A stretch of 53,349 nt of DNA from Cyanobacteria bacterium J06626_4 (GCA_038523235.1 JBCBJQ010000029.1:1-53349); one strand, 5' to 3'; shown: positions 34,377 to 45,104, counted from the stretch's first letter. Numbers and translations are program-made. Notes: generated from the sequence alone by a model not told the origin.

Positions 34377-34931
34377 TCGCGCGACCGCTAAGCTTCCACG
34401 GAGGACTGTCAGGGCCAACTGCACTCACTGAATCTGCCTGAAATGAAAACCTGCCGTTAGTCTACGGAATCCCAAAGTTCCTGGCTGATGGTGGGTTTCC
34501 GAATTTTAAATGACTGACGAGTGCTCTAATAACTATCTGCTCAATGACCTATCGACAGGGCTCTCGCTGTCACCGAGTCACGCAGGAACACCGAATAGAC
34601 AGCGCTCTGTAGAAAAACGATGCGGCCTCATACTCATTCTCTGTAGTCAGGTGCCCCAGGCAATCTCGTTAATGCCGAGTCCCAGGACTAGACGGATCAG
34701 GTTAGTCATCTTGTTACCAAGAGTTGACCCAGGTAAAAGCTGTGACTTGCCGACCGCCTCGATGTCCTGTGGCAACGTCTCAACCATCCTCATGTATCAG
34801 TCTGCGAACGAGCCCAGTGGCTGATCAGGGGGCCGTCTGTCTCAGCAAATGGTTGGCGATTGCCGTATTTGGGTGAGCTGTTAAATCACGAATCCTGTGT
34901 GTAACATACAGGCAAAAGTTGGAATAAGGAT

Positions 34932-35543
34932 ATGTTGGTTCAGCTAGTGCGCCCTTTAGTGCGGTCTCAAATTCAAATGCTGGCTCGGACACCTGCCGCT
35001 GATGCAAAGCTGACCAATATGGTGGCTCAGTGGTTAGGGTATTTGGGCGTTTATGCCGAAGTCACACGGCTTGAAACTGAGGGTGAGCTGATTCAAGTTT
35101 CTTTGAAGGTTGGCCGCCCTGAGCAATGTACCGAAACCGAATGGCAAAGCATCTTAGACAACTTGACTCACAAAGGGACGGCCTGGCGCGAAGACACGGG
35201 CCTCACCTATGCAACGATGACGCCAGCCCAAAAGGGCAAAGTTCATCGTCTATTGGCCTGCGTATTGCAAGCCTCTAATGACAATCTGGTCGAAGACTGG
35301 CATCAAGTCAGTGGCGAACTCGCCCAACTCGGGCTGGAAGCGTCTCTATTAAATGAGTTGCGCTCTGCGATTCGAGTGCCGACACCCATGGAAGTCTTGA
35401 TTGAAGATCTACAGCCTGACGTGGCGGCCTTTGCCTTATCTAAGGCTATTGGGATTGCCCTGATGGATAAGCATATTAATGAGGCTGAAGATGGTGCCCT
35501 CAAAATCCTGCTGAATGCACTGCAGCGAGAGACGCGGCCTTAA
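34932..35543 (+). CDS. Conserved hypothetical protein
   Basis: 203-aa ORF with AGGA upstream; C-terminal helical segment (ALMDKHINEAEDGAL) faintly TerB-like. Confidence 0.7.
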   Translation: MLVQLVRPLVRSQIQMLARTPAADAKLTNMVAQWLGYLGVYAEVTRLETEGELIQVSLKVGRPEQCTETEWQSILDNLTHKGTAWREDTGLTYATMTPAQKGKVHRLLACVLQASNDNLVEDWHQVSGELAQLGLEASLLNELRSAIRVPTPMEVLIEDLQPDVAAFALSKAIGIALMDKHINEAEDGALKILLNALQRETRP

Positions 35544-35674
35544 ATCGGCTCAAGCTTTGGCCAACTGCGGCGATCGCGGTCGGGCACCAGCCGCTTTTAG
35601 GGTCTGGCTCTGGGCGATCGCTCACCAACAGAAGGTCGCTGGTCAACAGCGCATTCAGGGTGCTAGACGCGGCC

Positions 35675-36544
35675 TCATTCATACAAGTCAATTTTACTGC
35701 TGCCGATCGACAGGCCATAGGGGCCGTAGACATCTTGCCCTAACAGGGCGACGTCACCGCCGATCCCGACCCAGATGTCTCTAATGATCAACTCGCCCAC
35801 TTGGAGCGTGTCCACATAACCAATCGGAATTTCCACTCGACGACCATCGGCAACCGTAACGGTCGCGCTGCCAGTAACCACCACGCCGACCGCCTGAGCC
35901 ATCGCCGGGGTAATTAACGTCCCTGATGCACCCGTATCAAACAACATCTCGAACTGTTGAGTGCCTTGGCTAGCCGTTAAGGTCACAGGAACCACTGGCG
36001 TTCCTCCCATTTGACCCACAATGGGAATGCTGGTGACCAGGCCAGGAGGAGCATCAGCCGCCGCTGCAGCCGTTGACGCCGCGACTTTACCCGCAGCTTG
36101 GCTTTGCGCAGAAGCGAGATTTTGGCCGTACTCTTGAACTTTTTGTTGGGCCACTGAGTAATTGGGGTCAGAGCTAGGCACCTGCTGCATGTAGGCAACC
36201 GCCTGCTGCCAACGACTGACGGCCAGGTTCCAATCATCAGTCGATTGAGCTGATTGCCCGATCGCCACGGCGCTTTGGGCACGATTAACGGCTTCATTGA
36301 AGTAGTTAGTCTGGGGAGCGGATGCCGCTTCCGGCGCTGCACTGGGCGCGGTGGCGGCATCCGCGACGGGGGTCGCCTCGGCAGTACCAGGGGCCACAGT
36401 CTCTCCTTCTCCCTCTGAGGTGACTTCTGCGGTAGACTCCTCTGCTGGTTCTGACGAAAACTGGGAGAGCGGCAGCAGGGAGCAGCTTGATAGCGCGCAA
36501 CATCCTAAGAAAACCAACAATCGCTGCTGCTGTGAACGAGTCAT
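35675..36544 (-). CDS. Lipoprotein with helical domain and retropepsin-like aspartic protease domain
   Basis: Lipobox [20 protein letters not shown]. Confidence 0.87.
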   Translation of the reverse strand: MTRSQQQRLLVFLGCCALSSCSLLPLSQFSSEPAEESTAEVTSEGEGETVAPGTAEATPVADAATAPSAAPEAASAPQTNYFNEAVNRAQSAVAIGQSAQSTDDWNLAVSRWQQAVAYMQQVPSSDPNYSVAQQKVQEYGQNLASAQSQAAGKVAASTAAAAADAPPGLVTSIPIVGQMGGTPVVPVTLTASQGTQQFEMLFDTGASGTLITPAMAQAVGVVVTGSATVTVADGRRVEIPIGYVDTLQVGELIIRDIWVGIGGDVALLGQDVYGPYGLSIGSSKIDLYE

Positions 36545-36659
36545 CAGTACTTACCCCAGTGCCAAAAGCCAGAATGTTTATCGAGAGCGGACGGTGTCCG
36601 TTATTGTTAAGAGTGCCCTAAAGGCTGCTTTCACCTACTCATCCTATCTACTGCTGCTT

Positions 36660-37793
36660 ATGTTCTCTGACCACCTGATGCCAGCCTTGTTAGTTCTGAT
36701 GGATGGTTCTACATACCACGGGTGGAGCTTTGGGGCACCTGGCACCATTATGGGCGAAGTGGTCTTCAATACGGGCATGACCGGGTATCAAGAAGTCATG
36801 ACGGACCCTAGCTATCGGGGCCAAATTGTGACGTTTACCTATCCCGAGTTGGGCAACACGGGCGTCAATCCAGAAGATGAAGAATCACATCACCCCCACG
36901 TGCGGGGCGTGATCGCGCGTAACGTTTGTCATCAGCCCAGCAGTTGGCGCATGACTCAGTCATTGTCAGACTACTTAAAGCATCATGGCATTCCCGGCAT
37001 CTTTGGGATCGACACTCGGGCGTTGACCCGCCAACTGCGCGATACTGGCGTGATGAATGGGGCCATTTCGACTGAAATCCTCGACCCGGATGAACTGCTG
37101 CGGCAACTGCAGGCGGTGCCGGCGATGACGGGGTTAAATCTGGTCAGCGAAGTGACCACGATCGAACCCTACGAATGGTCAGAACCGACAGCTACGGTCT
37201 GGGAATGTTTTCCTGAGTTAGACGATACGACGCCCCCAGACTTGACGGTGGTCGCGATCGATTTTGGTATCAAGCGCAATATTTTGCGACGACTCACGCG
37301 CTACGGCTGCCGGGTCATTGTCGTGCCTGCCGATACTCCTGCGGAGAAAATTTTAAGCTACGAGCCCGACGGCATTTTTCTCTCTAATGGGCCGGGCGAT
37401 CCTGCTGCTGTGACAGAGGCACCGCAAATTATTCGAGACTTGCTAGAGCAGCAAATTCCCACGTTTGGTATTTGTATGGGGCATCAGCTGATTGGCTTGT
37501 CATTGGGGGCGGAAACGTTCAAACTCAAGTTTGGTCACCGAGGGCTAAATCATCCCTGTGGTCTCAGTCAGCAAGTGGAAATCACCAGTCAAAACCACGG
37601 ATTTGCGATCGATTCGGCAACGATTCCCAGTGCAGATATTGAGATCAGTCACTTAAATCTCAACGATCGCACAGTAGCGGGCCTGCAGCATAAAACGCTG
37701 CCACTGTTCTCCGTGCAATACCACCCCGAAGCCAGTCCTGGCCCCCACGATGCTGACTATCTATTTCGCAAGTTCGTGGCTCTGATGCGATGA
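36660..37793 (+). CDS. carA: Carbamoyl-phosphate synthase small subunit
   Basis: [46 protein letters not shown]; start at ATG 36660. Confidence 0.97.
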   Translation: MFSDHLMPALLVLMDGSTYHGWSFGAPGTIMGEVVFNTGMTGYQEVMTDPSYRGQIVTFTYPELGNTGVNPEDEESHHPHVRGVIARNVCHQPSSWRMTQSLSDYLKHHGIPGIFGIDTRALTRQLRDTGVMNGAISTEILDPDELLRQLQAVPAMTGLNLVSEVTTIEPYEWSEPTATVWECFPELDDTTPPDLTVVAIDFGIKRNILRRLTRYGCRVIVVPADTPAEKILSYEPDGIFLSNGPGDPAAVTEAPQIIRDLLEQQIPTFGICMGHQLIGLSLGAETFKLKFGHRGLNHPCGLSQQVEITSQNHGFAIDSATIPSADIEISHLNLNDRTVAGLQHKTLPLFSVQYHPEASPGPHDADYLFRKFVALMR

Positions 37794-37820
37794 CGCCCGC
37801 TTAAGGCGACCGTGATCGCC

Positions 37821-38891
37821 CTAACTCGAAGACTGCTGCTTTGCCAGCAAGGGTTGCCACCAGTCAGGATGAGCCAGATACCACTTCACTGTCTGTTCGA
37901 GTCCGGTGGCGAAGTCATACTGGGGTTGCCAGCCAAAGTCGCGCTGCATCTTGGTGCTATCCATCGCGTAGCGCCGGTCATGGCCGGGGCGATCACGCAC
38001 AAAGGTGATCAGGTCATGGGCAGATGGTACGGGTAAATCTTTTGCCAAACGATCCATCAGGTCACAGAGCTGCTTGACAATGTCAATATTTTTGACCTGA
38101 TTGTTGCCGCCAATGTTGTAGGTTTCGCCAGGAGCCGCCTGCTGTAAAACGGTGGCGATCGCGCCACAGTGATCTTCGACATACAGCCAATCACGCACAT
38201 TTTGGCCGTCACCATAAACGGGGAGCGGCTGGCCCAAAAGAATATTGACGCACATCAGGGGAATCAGCTTCTCAGGAAACTGGTAAGGCCCGTAATTGTT
38301 GGAGCAGTTGGTAATCAGGGTTGGCAATCCATAGGTGTGAAAATAAGCTCGCACCAAGTGGTCGCTTCCAGCTTTAGACGCTGAGTACGGACTGTTGGGC
38401 GCATAGGGGGTCGTTTCGCTAAAGGCTGGTTCGTCGGCTTCTAAGCTACCGAACACTTCATCAGTGGAGACATGCAAAAAGCGAAAGTGGTTGGGCTGCT
38501 GTTGCTGGTTCCAGTACTGGCGAAACGCTTCGAGCAGAGTAAACGTACCAACGACGTTGGTTTGCACAAACGCCCCAGGGCCGAGAATGGAGCGATCGAC
38601 ATGAGATTCCGCCGCAAAGTGAATGACCGTATCAATTTGATGCTGCTCTAACAGCTGATTAACCAGAGGCGCATCACAAATATCCCCTTCCACCAGCAAA
38701 CAGCCGTCTTGCCCTGCCAAATCACTCAGAGTGGCGCGGTTACCGGCATAGGTCAGGGCATCAAGGATGGTTAGGGAGGAGGTGCCACCGTAGGCAGAGC
38801 GCACAAAGTTAGAACCAATAAACCCCGCGCCCCCGGTAATCAAAACTCGGCGACCGGCGTTTTTGAGGGTATTCATGTTGGTCAAATTCAC
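37821..38891 (-). CDS. rfbB: dTDP-glucose 4,6-dehydratase
   Basis: TGGAGFIGSNF, DALTYAGN, HFAAESHVDRSI, HVSTDEV, YSASK, DRPGHDRRY. Confidence 0.96.
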   Translation of the reverse strand: MNLTNMNTLKNAGRRVLITGGAGFIGSNFVRSAYGGTSSLTILDALTYAGNRATLSDLAGQDGCLLVEGDICDAPLVNQLLEQHQIDTVIHFAAESHVDRSILGPGAFVQTNVVGTFTLLEAFRQYWNQQQQPNHFRFLHVSTDEVFGSLEADEPAFSETTPYAPNSPYSASKAGSDHLVRAYFHTYGLPTLITNCSNNYGPYQFPEKLIPLMCVNILLGQPLPVYGDGQNVRDWLYVEDHCGAIATVLQQAAPGETYNIGGNNQVKNIDIVKQLCDLMDRLAKDLPVPSAHDLITFVRDRPGHDRRYAMDSTKMQRDFGWQPQYDFATGLEQTVKWYLAHPDWWQPLLAKQQSSS

Positions 38892-38894
38892 AAA

Positions 38895-39953
38895 TTAACG
38901 GGAGGCTTGAGCCTGATAAATTTCCTCAAAGATATCCTTCAACGCATATTTGTACTGCCATTCAGGATAATGCGTTTCAAACTTACGAACGTCAGAAATA
39001 TACCAAATGTGGTCGCCAATGCGATTATCTTCAGAGTATTGATAGGGCAGCTGGTTGCCAGTAATTTCTTCGGCCAGGGCGATCGCCTCTAACATTGAAC
39101 AGTTACTGTGACGTGAGCCGCCCATGTTATATACCTCTCCATAGCGCGGGGTTTGGTAGAAGTGATAAAACGCATTGACTAGGTCGTAGCTGTGAATATT
39201 GTCACGCACTTGTTTGCCCTTATAGCCAAAGATCGTATAGGGCGTTTGCTCAAGGGTGCATTTCATCAAATAGGCTAAAAAGCCATGGAGTTTGGCTCCA
39301 GAGTGAAGCGGGCCGGTCAAACAGCCGCCTCGAAAGCTAGCCGTTTTCATCTCAAAATAGCGGCCATATTCTTGGACTAAAATATCGGCTGCGACCTTGG
39401 AAGCACCAAACAAGGAATGTTTAGAATCGTCAATACTCATCGATTCATCAATACCGGTATGGAAGGGATGAGCGGCCTCAATTTCCCAGCGTAACTCCAG
39501 CTCTTTGAGGGGTAAATGATTGGGCGTATCACCATAAACCTTATTGGTGGAGGTGAAAATAAAGACGGCTTGCGGACAAAATTGGCGGGTAGCTTCCAAC
39601 AGTACCAGCGTGCCATTGGCATTGACCGTAAAATCGGTGTGGGGGTCGTTGGCGGCCCAATCATGGGAGGGTTGAGCGGCAGTGTGAATAATCAAAACCG
39701 TATCAGAGCCGTATTCTTTGAACAGGCTCTCAATCGCTTCGCGATCGCGAATGTCGATGCTTTTATGTTGGTAGTGATCGCCATACTGATCGAGCAATAA
39801 CTGCCGGTTCCAATCTGTTGATGCTGTCTCACCAAAAAAGACGGCTCGCATGTCGTTATCAATCCCGACAACATTGAAGCCCAATCCCGCAAAAAAATGG
39901 ACTGACTGCGAGCCAATCAAGCCCGCAGAGCCTGTGATAATCACCGTACTCAT
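38895..39953 (-). CDS. Extended SDR, CDP-paratose 2-epimerase-like, with FxxxK instead of YxxxK
   Basis: [38 protein letters not shown]. Confidence 0.85.
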   Translation of the reverse strand: MSTVIITGSAGLIGSQSVHFFAGLGFNVVGIDNDMRAVFFGETASTDWNRQLLLDQYGDHYQHKSIDIRDREAIESLFKEYGSDTVLIIHTAAQPSHDWAANDPHTDFTVNANGTLVLLEATRQFCPQAVFIFTSTNKVYGDTPNHLPLKELELRWEIEAAHPFHTGIDESMSIDDSKHSLFGASKVAADILVQEYGRYFEMKTASFRGGCLTGPLHSGAKLHGFLAYLMKCTLEQTPYTIFGYKGKQVRDNIHSYDLVNAFYHFYQTPRYGEVYNMGGSRHSNCSMLEAIALAEEITGNQLPYQYSEDNRIGDHIWYISDVRKFETHYPEWQYKYALKDIFEEIYQAQASR

Positions 39954-39995
39954 CTCACACCTCTGAATTCATAACAGAAAAAAATGGACATTGCC

Positions 39996-40673
39996 TCAAT
40001 GGCTAGGCTTAGAGGCTTTGACAAACAGCTGACTGCCAAAGATAGGCCAAACAATGGGCAGCTTTAGATAGAGCCGTAACATCCAAGCTTTAGTCGGTCG
40101 TCCCTTAGTAGAAAATGGCAGAAACCGGGGGATTAAGGTGTCGACGCGAAACTCCAAGGCTTCCAATACCTCGACTAAAGACTGGTGAGTGATTGGCAAA
40201 TAATGATCAATAAAATCGAAATACTCGCGATAGGAATATTTAAAATTGGGCTGAATAACTAACAATCTGCCGCCCGGTCGCAACTTTTGAAAACAGAAGC
40301 TCAGCACTTCGAATAGCTGATCTTGATCTTCTAGATGTTCGAAGAAATTAGAGACAAATATGACATCAAAACAATCATCTTCTACCTTGGCTTGCTGATG
40401 ATGATCAAGAATATCAATGTTCAGCACATTGACGTTAGCTGCCGCAAATAGTCGAGAATCTGGATTTAGATCGATTAAAGTCTTTGAAGTTGCGGCAACC
40501 TGATTGATGAATTCGCAATATCCCCCAGCAATATCCAACACTGCAGCTCTCGGAGGCACATGTTTTTGTAGAAAATCCTGTATGAGCACCTGCCACAGCC
40601 GCAATTTGGATTTTTGTTCGCTGCTGTTAAACCGATTTTCGTACAAACGTTTCAAAAAGACAGCTTTGTCCAT
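39996..40673 (-). CDS. Class I SAM-dependent methyltransferase
   Basis: VLDIAGGYCEF, FDVIFVSNFFEHL, LRPGGRL. Confidence 0.85.
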   Translation of the reverse strand: MDKAVFLKRLYENRFNSSEQKSKLRLWQVLIQDFLQKHVPPRAAVLDIAGGYCEFINQVAATSKTLIDLNPDSRLFAAANVNVLNIDILDHHQQAKVEDDCFDVIFVSNFFEHLEDQDQLFEVLSFCFQKLRPGGRLLVIQPNFKYSYREYFDFIDHYLPITHQSLVEVLEALEFRVDTLIPRFLPFSTKGRPTKAWMLRLYLKLPIVWPIFGSQLFVKASKPSH

Positions 40674-40899
40674 TCTTTTGGTTTTGATAGAGGGTTAAAG
40701 GTCGAGCCAGCGATGCGAAAATTAGTGAGGTGTCTTTTGAGTCGAGCCTGGGATGCAGCTTCCTAGAGAAAATCTAAGAAGATGGCTGCAATCTGCTCAG
40801 GCAAGCGTTGTTTGTAGAAGGGTGTAAAGTTCATCAGGCCAAGACAGGCAAGCGGTTTACGGAATGGTAGGCTGCTGAGTGCTGGCCCCTCAGAACCGT

Positions 40900-41973
40900 C
40901 TAAGCCAGAATAGGGCGCAGCATCGTCTCATAGGTCAATAGCCATTCGTAAATCTCTTCTAAAGTCTGTTCGGGGGTATGAGTTGGTTGCCAACCGGTTT
41001 GGCTGTGCACCAAGGTATTATCCATCACGAACAAAGGAACGTCACCGACCCGCTCTTCGGCAACTGGCTGAATATTGATGGATTGCTGAGTAATTGTTTC
41101 ACACAATGCAGTGGTTTCCAATAGGGATAGGCTGCCCTCTAGGCCCCCGCCCACATTGGCCACCGCGCCATCGAGCGAGGCAAAATGAGTGAGCTGATAT
41201 TCCACTAGATTCAGCAAATCCTGCACGTGGAGCAAATCACGCACTTGCTTGCCGCCGCCGCCATAGCCGATATATTTGAGCGGTTTTTGATAGTGGTGTG
41301 CGGCGACCCACAAGACAAAAACGCCTTGATCCACTTTGCCCATTTGCCAAGGCCCCGTCACGACGCCACAGCGATTAATCACCGCCTTTAAACCATAGGC
41401 GTGGCGATATTCTTCAATCAACAATTCTGAGGCCAATTTGGTCGTGCCATAGAGGCTGCGATAGCCTGACAGAGAAAATTTTTCAGCGACCCCTCGTTCC
41501 GAAAATCCCGTTAATGTCTGTTGGGGAGCGATGCTAAAGCGAGTTTTTTCTTCTACTAACGCAATTGATTTCAGCGGCTCAATGGGATACACCCGGCTTG
41601 TCGATAGAAACAGGAGATCGGCGTGGGTTTTACGAGCTAACTCCAAAATATTGATGGTGCCAACCAGATTAGTTTGCAGCACATAGTCAGGGGAGGAAAA
41701 GCCCGCTAAAACAGAGGGCTCTGCAGAACAATCAATGATGGTGTCAACGTTGAAGACCTCAGGTGAGAGATCGGTCGAGAGACGAATATCTCCATGAAAA
41801 AATTGAATGCCTGCATCCTTAAGGCGACTGAGATTGAGTTCGGAACCGCGCCGTTTGAGATTGTCTAAACAAATAATCTCCCAGGCTTTAAATCGCTGTT
41901 TTAGGCCAATGGCAAGAGAACTACCGATAAATCCAGAACCGCCACAGATCAGAACTTTGTGCGCACTAACCAT
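40900..41973 (-). CDS. Extended SDR, CDP-paratose 2-epimerase-like, intact YxxxK
   Basis: CGGSGFIG, LDNLKRRGSE, STSRVY, SLYGTTK, KQVRDLLH; ATG 41973 overlaps the upstream gene's 3' end. Confidence 0.87.
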   Translation of the reverse strand: MVSAHKVLICGGSGFIGSSLAIGLKQRFKAWEIICLDNLKRRGSELNLSRLKDAGIQFFHGDIRLSTDLSPEVFNVDTIIDCSAEPSVLAGFSSPDYVLQTNLVGTINILELARKTHADLLFLSTSRVYPIEPLKSIALVEEKTRFSIAPQQTLTGFSERGVAEKFSLSGYRSLYGTTKLASELLIEEYRHAYGLKAVINRCGVVTGPWQMGKVDQGVFVLWVAAHHYQKPLKYIGYGGGGKQVRDLLHVQDLLNLVEYQLTHFASLDGAVANVGGGLEGSLSLLETTALCETITQQSINIQPVAEERVGDVPLFVMDNTLVHSQTGWQPTHTPEQTLEEIYEWLLTYETMLRPILA

Positions 41974-43273
41974 TGATTTTCGCCATCTTTTTGCGATTAC
42001 TCCGATGATAATCTCCTCGTGAGAGATGCCGTTCGAGCCAAATGTAGAGAACAACAAAGAGGTAGCGACTACCCATTTCTTTGATTTTGAGTTTGGAGAC
42101 TCCCGTTTTGCGATTCTGCCAGGTAATCGGCATTGTGGTGTAAGAATAGCCACGAGAAATGGCTTTCAGCGGCATTTCTACCGTTAAGTTGAAATGATGA
42201 GAGATGAGTGGGGAAATGCCTTCAATGACGTCGCGTCGATAGAGTTTAAAGGCGTTGGTCGTGTCATTGAAGCCGAGAGAAAAAATCACCTGAATAAAAA
42301 GATTAGCCAATCGATTGATAAAGAGCTTATGGGCCGGATAGTCAATCACCTTGCCCCCCTTCATAAACCGCGAACCAAAGACACAGTCGTAGCCCTCTTG
42401 CAGTTCATAAAAATAGCGAACAATGTCTTCAGGGCGGTCGGAGCAGTCGGCCATGACGATCGCCACCGCATCGCCTTCAAAATTTTCTAGGCCACACCGC
42501 ACGGCAAAGCCGAACCCATTGGGATAGTAATTATTGAGATAACGGACAGACTGATAGCGATCGCTCAGCTCCTGAAGCAACAATTCAGTGTGATCACGGC
42601 TGTTGTCATTCACGACCAAGATTTCGTAAGCAATGCGCTCTGCCGATAACACCTCAACAATCGCCTCAACGGTCGAGACGATGCTGCCTTCTTCGTTATA
42701 GGCGGGCATTACAATTGAGAGTTGGTCATGAATGCTCTCGCCCAGTGGTGTTGGGTCGACCACAGCGGTTCCGGTTGCCTCCACCGATGCCGGAGCCAAG
42801 CCCTCGGGGCGATAGATGACCGAATTGCGCGGCCCTGACAGCGACTGAGATGAGCGAGAGTCGGGACGATTAAACACGAGGCGATCGCTCAACACGTAGT
42901 TGATAGTAGCCCCGACCGCTACCCCCATCAGAGTATTGAGCAGATAGTTAACCCCGAGGCGATCGAGCACCGGAAAGATCACGAGGACTCTTAGGATTAA
43001 AGCGGCCCCAGCAGAAAAGTGATATAGCGGCAATTGCTCTAGGAGTAACCGTTTGGGGCTCCAACGTCCTCCTGGCCAAACCCAAATTCGATAGATAAAA
43101 AAGCTCGCGATCAGTGAAAGCTCAATCGCGACAAGGTTAGCTAGATTGCGTAGCAGGGGAGTATTCCAACCCAATAGGGTAATCAGGCCGTAGATCAGGC
43201 TGAGATTGAGCAGTGCAGCAAACCCTCCCCCCATTAAAAATTTTGATATTTTAGCGAAAGACGCTTTATTCAT
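41966..43273 (-). CDS. GtrA-like flippase fused to a GT2 polyprenol-phosphate glycosyltransferase
   Basis: N-terminal 4-TM GtrA pattern (KFLMGG...NL..IEL...WVW...NY...LVF); C-terminal SIVMPAYNEE, VVNDNSRD, GSRF, DTTNAFKLYRR. Confidence 0.88.
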   Translation of the reverse strand: MNKASFAKISKFLMGGGFAALLNLSLIYGLITLLGWNTPLLRNLANLVAIELSLIASFFIYRIWVWPGGRWSPKRLLLEQLPLYHFSAGAALILRVLVIFPVLDRLGVNYLLNTLMGVAVGATINYVLSDRLVFNRPDSRSSQSLSGPRNSVIYRPEGLAPASVEATGTAVVDPTPLGESIHDQLSIVMPAYNEEGSIVSTVEAIVEVLSAERIAYEILVVNDNSRDHTELLLQELSDRYQSVRYLNNYYPNGFGFAVRCGLENFEGDAVAIVMADCSDRPEDIVRYFYELQEGYDCVFGSRFMKGGKVIDYPAHKLFINRLANLFIQVIFSLGFNDTTNAFKLYRRDVIEGISPLISHHFNLTVEMPLKAISRGYSYTTMPITWQNRKTGVSKLKIKEMGSRYLFVVLYIWLERHLSRGDYHRSNRKKMAKING

Positions 43274-43297
43274 CGCAACCCTCAATACTCATCGTCT

Positions 43298-45082
43298 TCA
43301 TGACACGGCTTTAGTTCTCAGGTCGGCAATCGGCACCTGGCCCAGCTGATAGATTTCTCGCTGTTCAAGATCATAGAGATATGCGGTTAAAAATCTGACA
43401 GTATCTGGTAGCTCATCCAGGGCAACTTGTATTTCCCAACCAGAGTTGAGGTACTGATTAGACGAAAGTTTTTCAGCAATATCGCGCCGCCGTTTTCTGA
43501 CCTCTGTGAGGGTAAAGAGATCAGGTTCAGTTTCATTGCCTAAAAGCACTATGCCAGGATGACCTGCAGAAAAAGCCCAGCCCGATACGCTCAAAATGTC
43601 TCCGTTAGGAGTATCCAGTATTTCAGCATTACTAACCTGGCCATAGTCCGAGTTGAAATCTTGATGGGCTTCGAATGACCAAACGGGGGCTTCCTCTCGT
43701 AGTTGATGCTGCCGTAACAAACTCAAAAATTCAATGGGCAATGCCGGATCAGGGTAAGCAAATTTAGTAATACATTCGTCGGCTAGCTGCGGATCTAAAT
43801 AATCATGGAGTTCTATACAGGTCTTAGCTCGATAGCGCGCATAGGAAGAGGCACGGGCCTCAGCTAGTCCCTGCTCGTAACCCGTGATAAAGCTTGAAAA
43901 CAGAAATCCAGCCAATAACAATAAGCCTACGGTATGAAATTTGTATTCTCTAAGGCGCTTTTGAGACACCAGAAATATTCTGGACAAATTTATCAGGCAA
44001 ACGGGCAACAGGAGCGAGACGGTTGTATATCTTGAAACCAAGGCAGCGTGGGAACCTAGACCTAGCCTGCCAGCCGTTGTAATCAAGGCAAAGATAATCG
44101 AAAATAACGCAATTGATAGCCAAGGTAGACAGTGGGCTTGAAGATGCGGAGAACTTTTGAAATAGTAGGCGACAGCAATCGCGTAAGCCACGATCAGCAG
44201 CAAACCCAAGATCAGGTTGGGTATCTCAATCTTGCCAAAGGTCCCACCGACTTGATTTAAAAAGAAATCAATTGCTAGGCCAGGTCTCTCGAAGACTAGA
44301 TTGGTGCTGGGATGACTTGCTGGCTTACGATAATCTGCTAGATAAATCAGGCCGGTGAGTGCGGCTGAACCGAGCCAAACAGCACCTAGGCTTGCTCTGA
44401 TCCACCGCTTTAGCCCTGGCTTGAGAAACATGGGTAGACAAGCTGCCCAAACAAACAGTCCGTGGGCTAGCGAGAAACTGGCGATAACACAGGCCGCGAT
44501 CGCTGCGAAAAAGCCCCAGTAAGTCGCTGTTTCAAGACAGACATCCAAAAAAAATACAGCGGCTACAAGGCACAATATCACCAAAAACCAGGGCATTTGA
44601 AAACCCCAAAGCCAGTTTTCGTGTTGCACAGGCGAAAACAAAAGCAAGCTAGAGGCGACCATTGACAGCCCACCAAGGTGCAGGTTTTGGGAGCTCACCT
44701 TAGCCCCTTTAAAGAACTGACTCTGCTTTGAAATCAGCATCACCACTAGCCCATAGGTCAAGATTGAGAAGGCGTAGCCAATCATCATTTCCACCTTGAC
44801 ATTCCAGGGTGAGAACAGCCGAACCAGCATTGATGAGATCAGTTTTGAAGTAGCAATGCGATGTTCATTATGGAGGATGAAAAATTCTCGGATAGGCAAC
44901 AACGATTGTTTCGCCAGGACGAGGGTTTGCGAGAGATCCCACTGGTCGCCGTAAAGCACATCGACCCCATAGGTTTGGATACAGAAAACTCCTACCAGGA
45001 TAGGAATCAGCGACAGCAAACTGTAGGAGAAAAGAATCAGCCTTTTTCTATTGGTATCTGTTAATTTCAGCCCGAGTTTCAT
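43298..45082 (-). CDS. Multi-pass membrane protein, probable GT-C-fold (GtrC-like) transferase
   Basis: About 11-12 hydrophobic segments, first loop with DQW and HNEHR, ENWLWGFQ, SRY, soluble C-terminal domain (VSGWA). Confidence 0.65.
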   Translation of the reverse strand: MKLGLKLTDTNRKRLILFSYSLLSLIPILVGVFCIQTYGVDVLYGDQWDLSQTLVLAKQSLLPIREFFILHNEHRIATSKLISSMLVRLFSPWNVKVEMMIGYAFSILTYGLVVMLISKQSQFFKGAKVSSQNLHLGGLSMVASSLLLFSPVQHENWLWGFQMPWFLVILCLVAAVFFLDVCLETATYWGFFAAIAACVIASFSLAHGLFVWAACLPMFLKPGLKRWIRASLGAVWLGSAALTGLIYLADYRKPASHPSTNLVFERPGLAIDFFLNQVGGTFGKIEIPNLILGLLLIVAYAIAVAYYFKSSPHLQAHCLPWLSIALFSIIFALITTAGRLGLGSHAALVSRYTTVSLLLPVCLINLSRIFLVSQKRLREYKFHTVGLLLLAGFLFSSFITGYEQGLAEARASSYARYRAKTCIELHDYLDPQLADECITKFAYPDPALPIEFLSLLRQHQLREEAPVWSFEAHQDFNSDYGQVSNAEILDTPNGDILSVSGWAFSAGHPGIVLLGNETEPDLFTLTEVRKRRRDIAEKLSSNQYLNSGWEIQVALDELPDTVRFLTAYLYDLEQREIYQLGQVPIADLRTKAVS

Positions 45083-45104
45083 TGTGATCTCGCTAAAGGG
45101 AAAT

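Noticed and set aside
34145..34441. 98-aa ORF from the track
   Set aside because: Less protein-like than the overlapping 56-aa frame, though it cannot be fully excluded
36351..36659. Apparent 103-aa N-terminal extension of CarA
   Set aside because: Overlaps the divergent protease gene in antisense; CarA similarity begins near ATG 36660
41974..42153. N-terminal extension of the SDR in the ORF track
   Set aside because: Lies inside the GT2 gene; the Rossmann motif follows ATG 41973 directly
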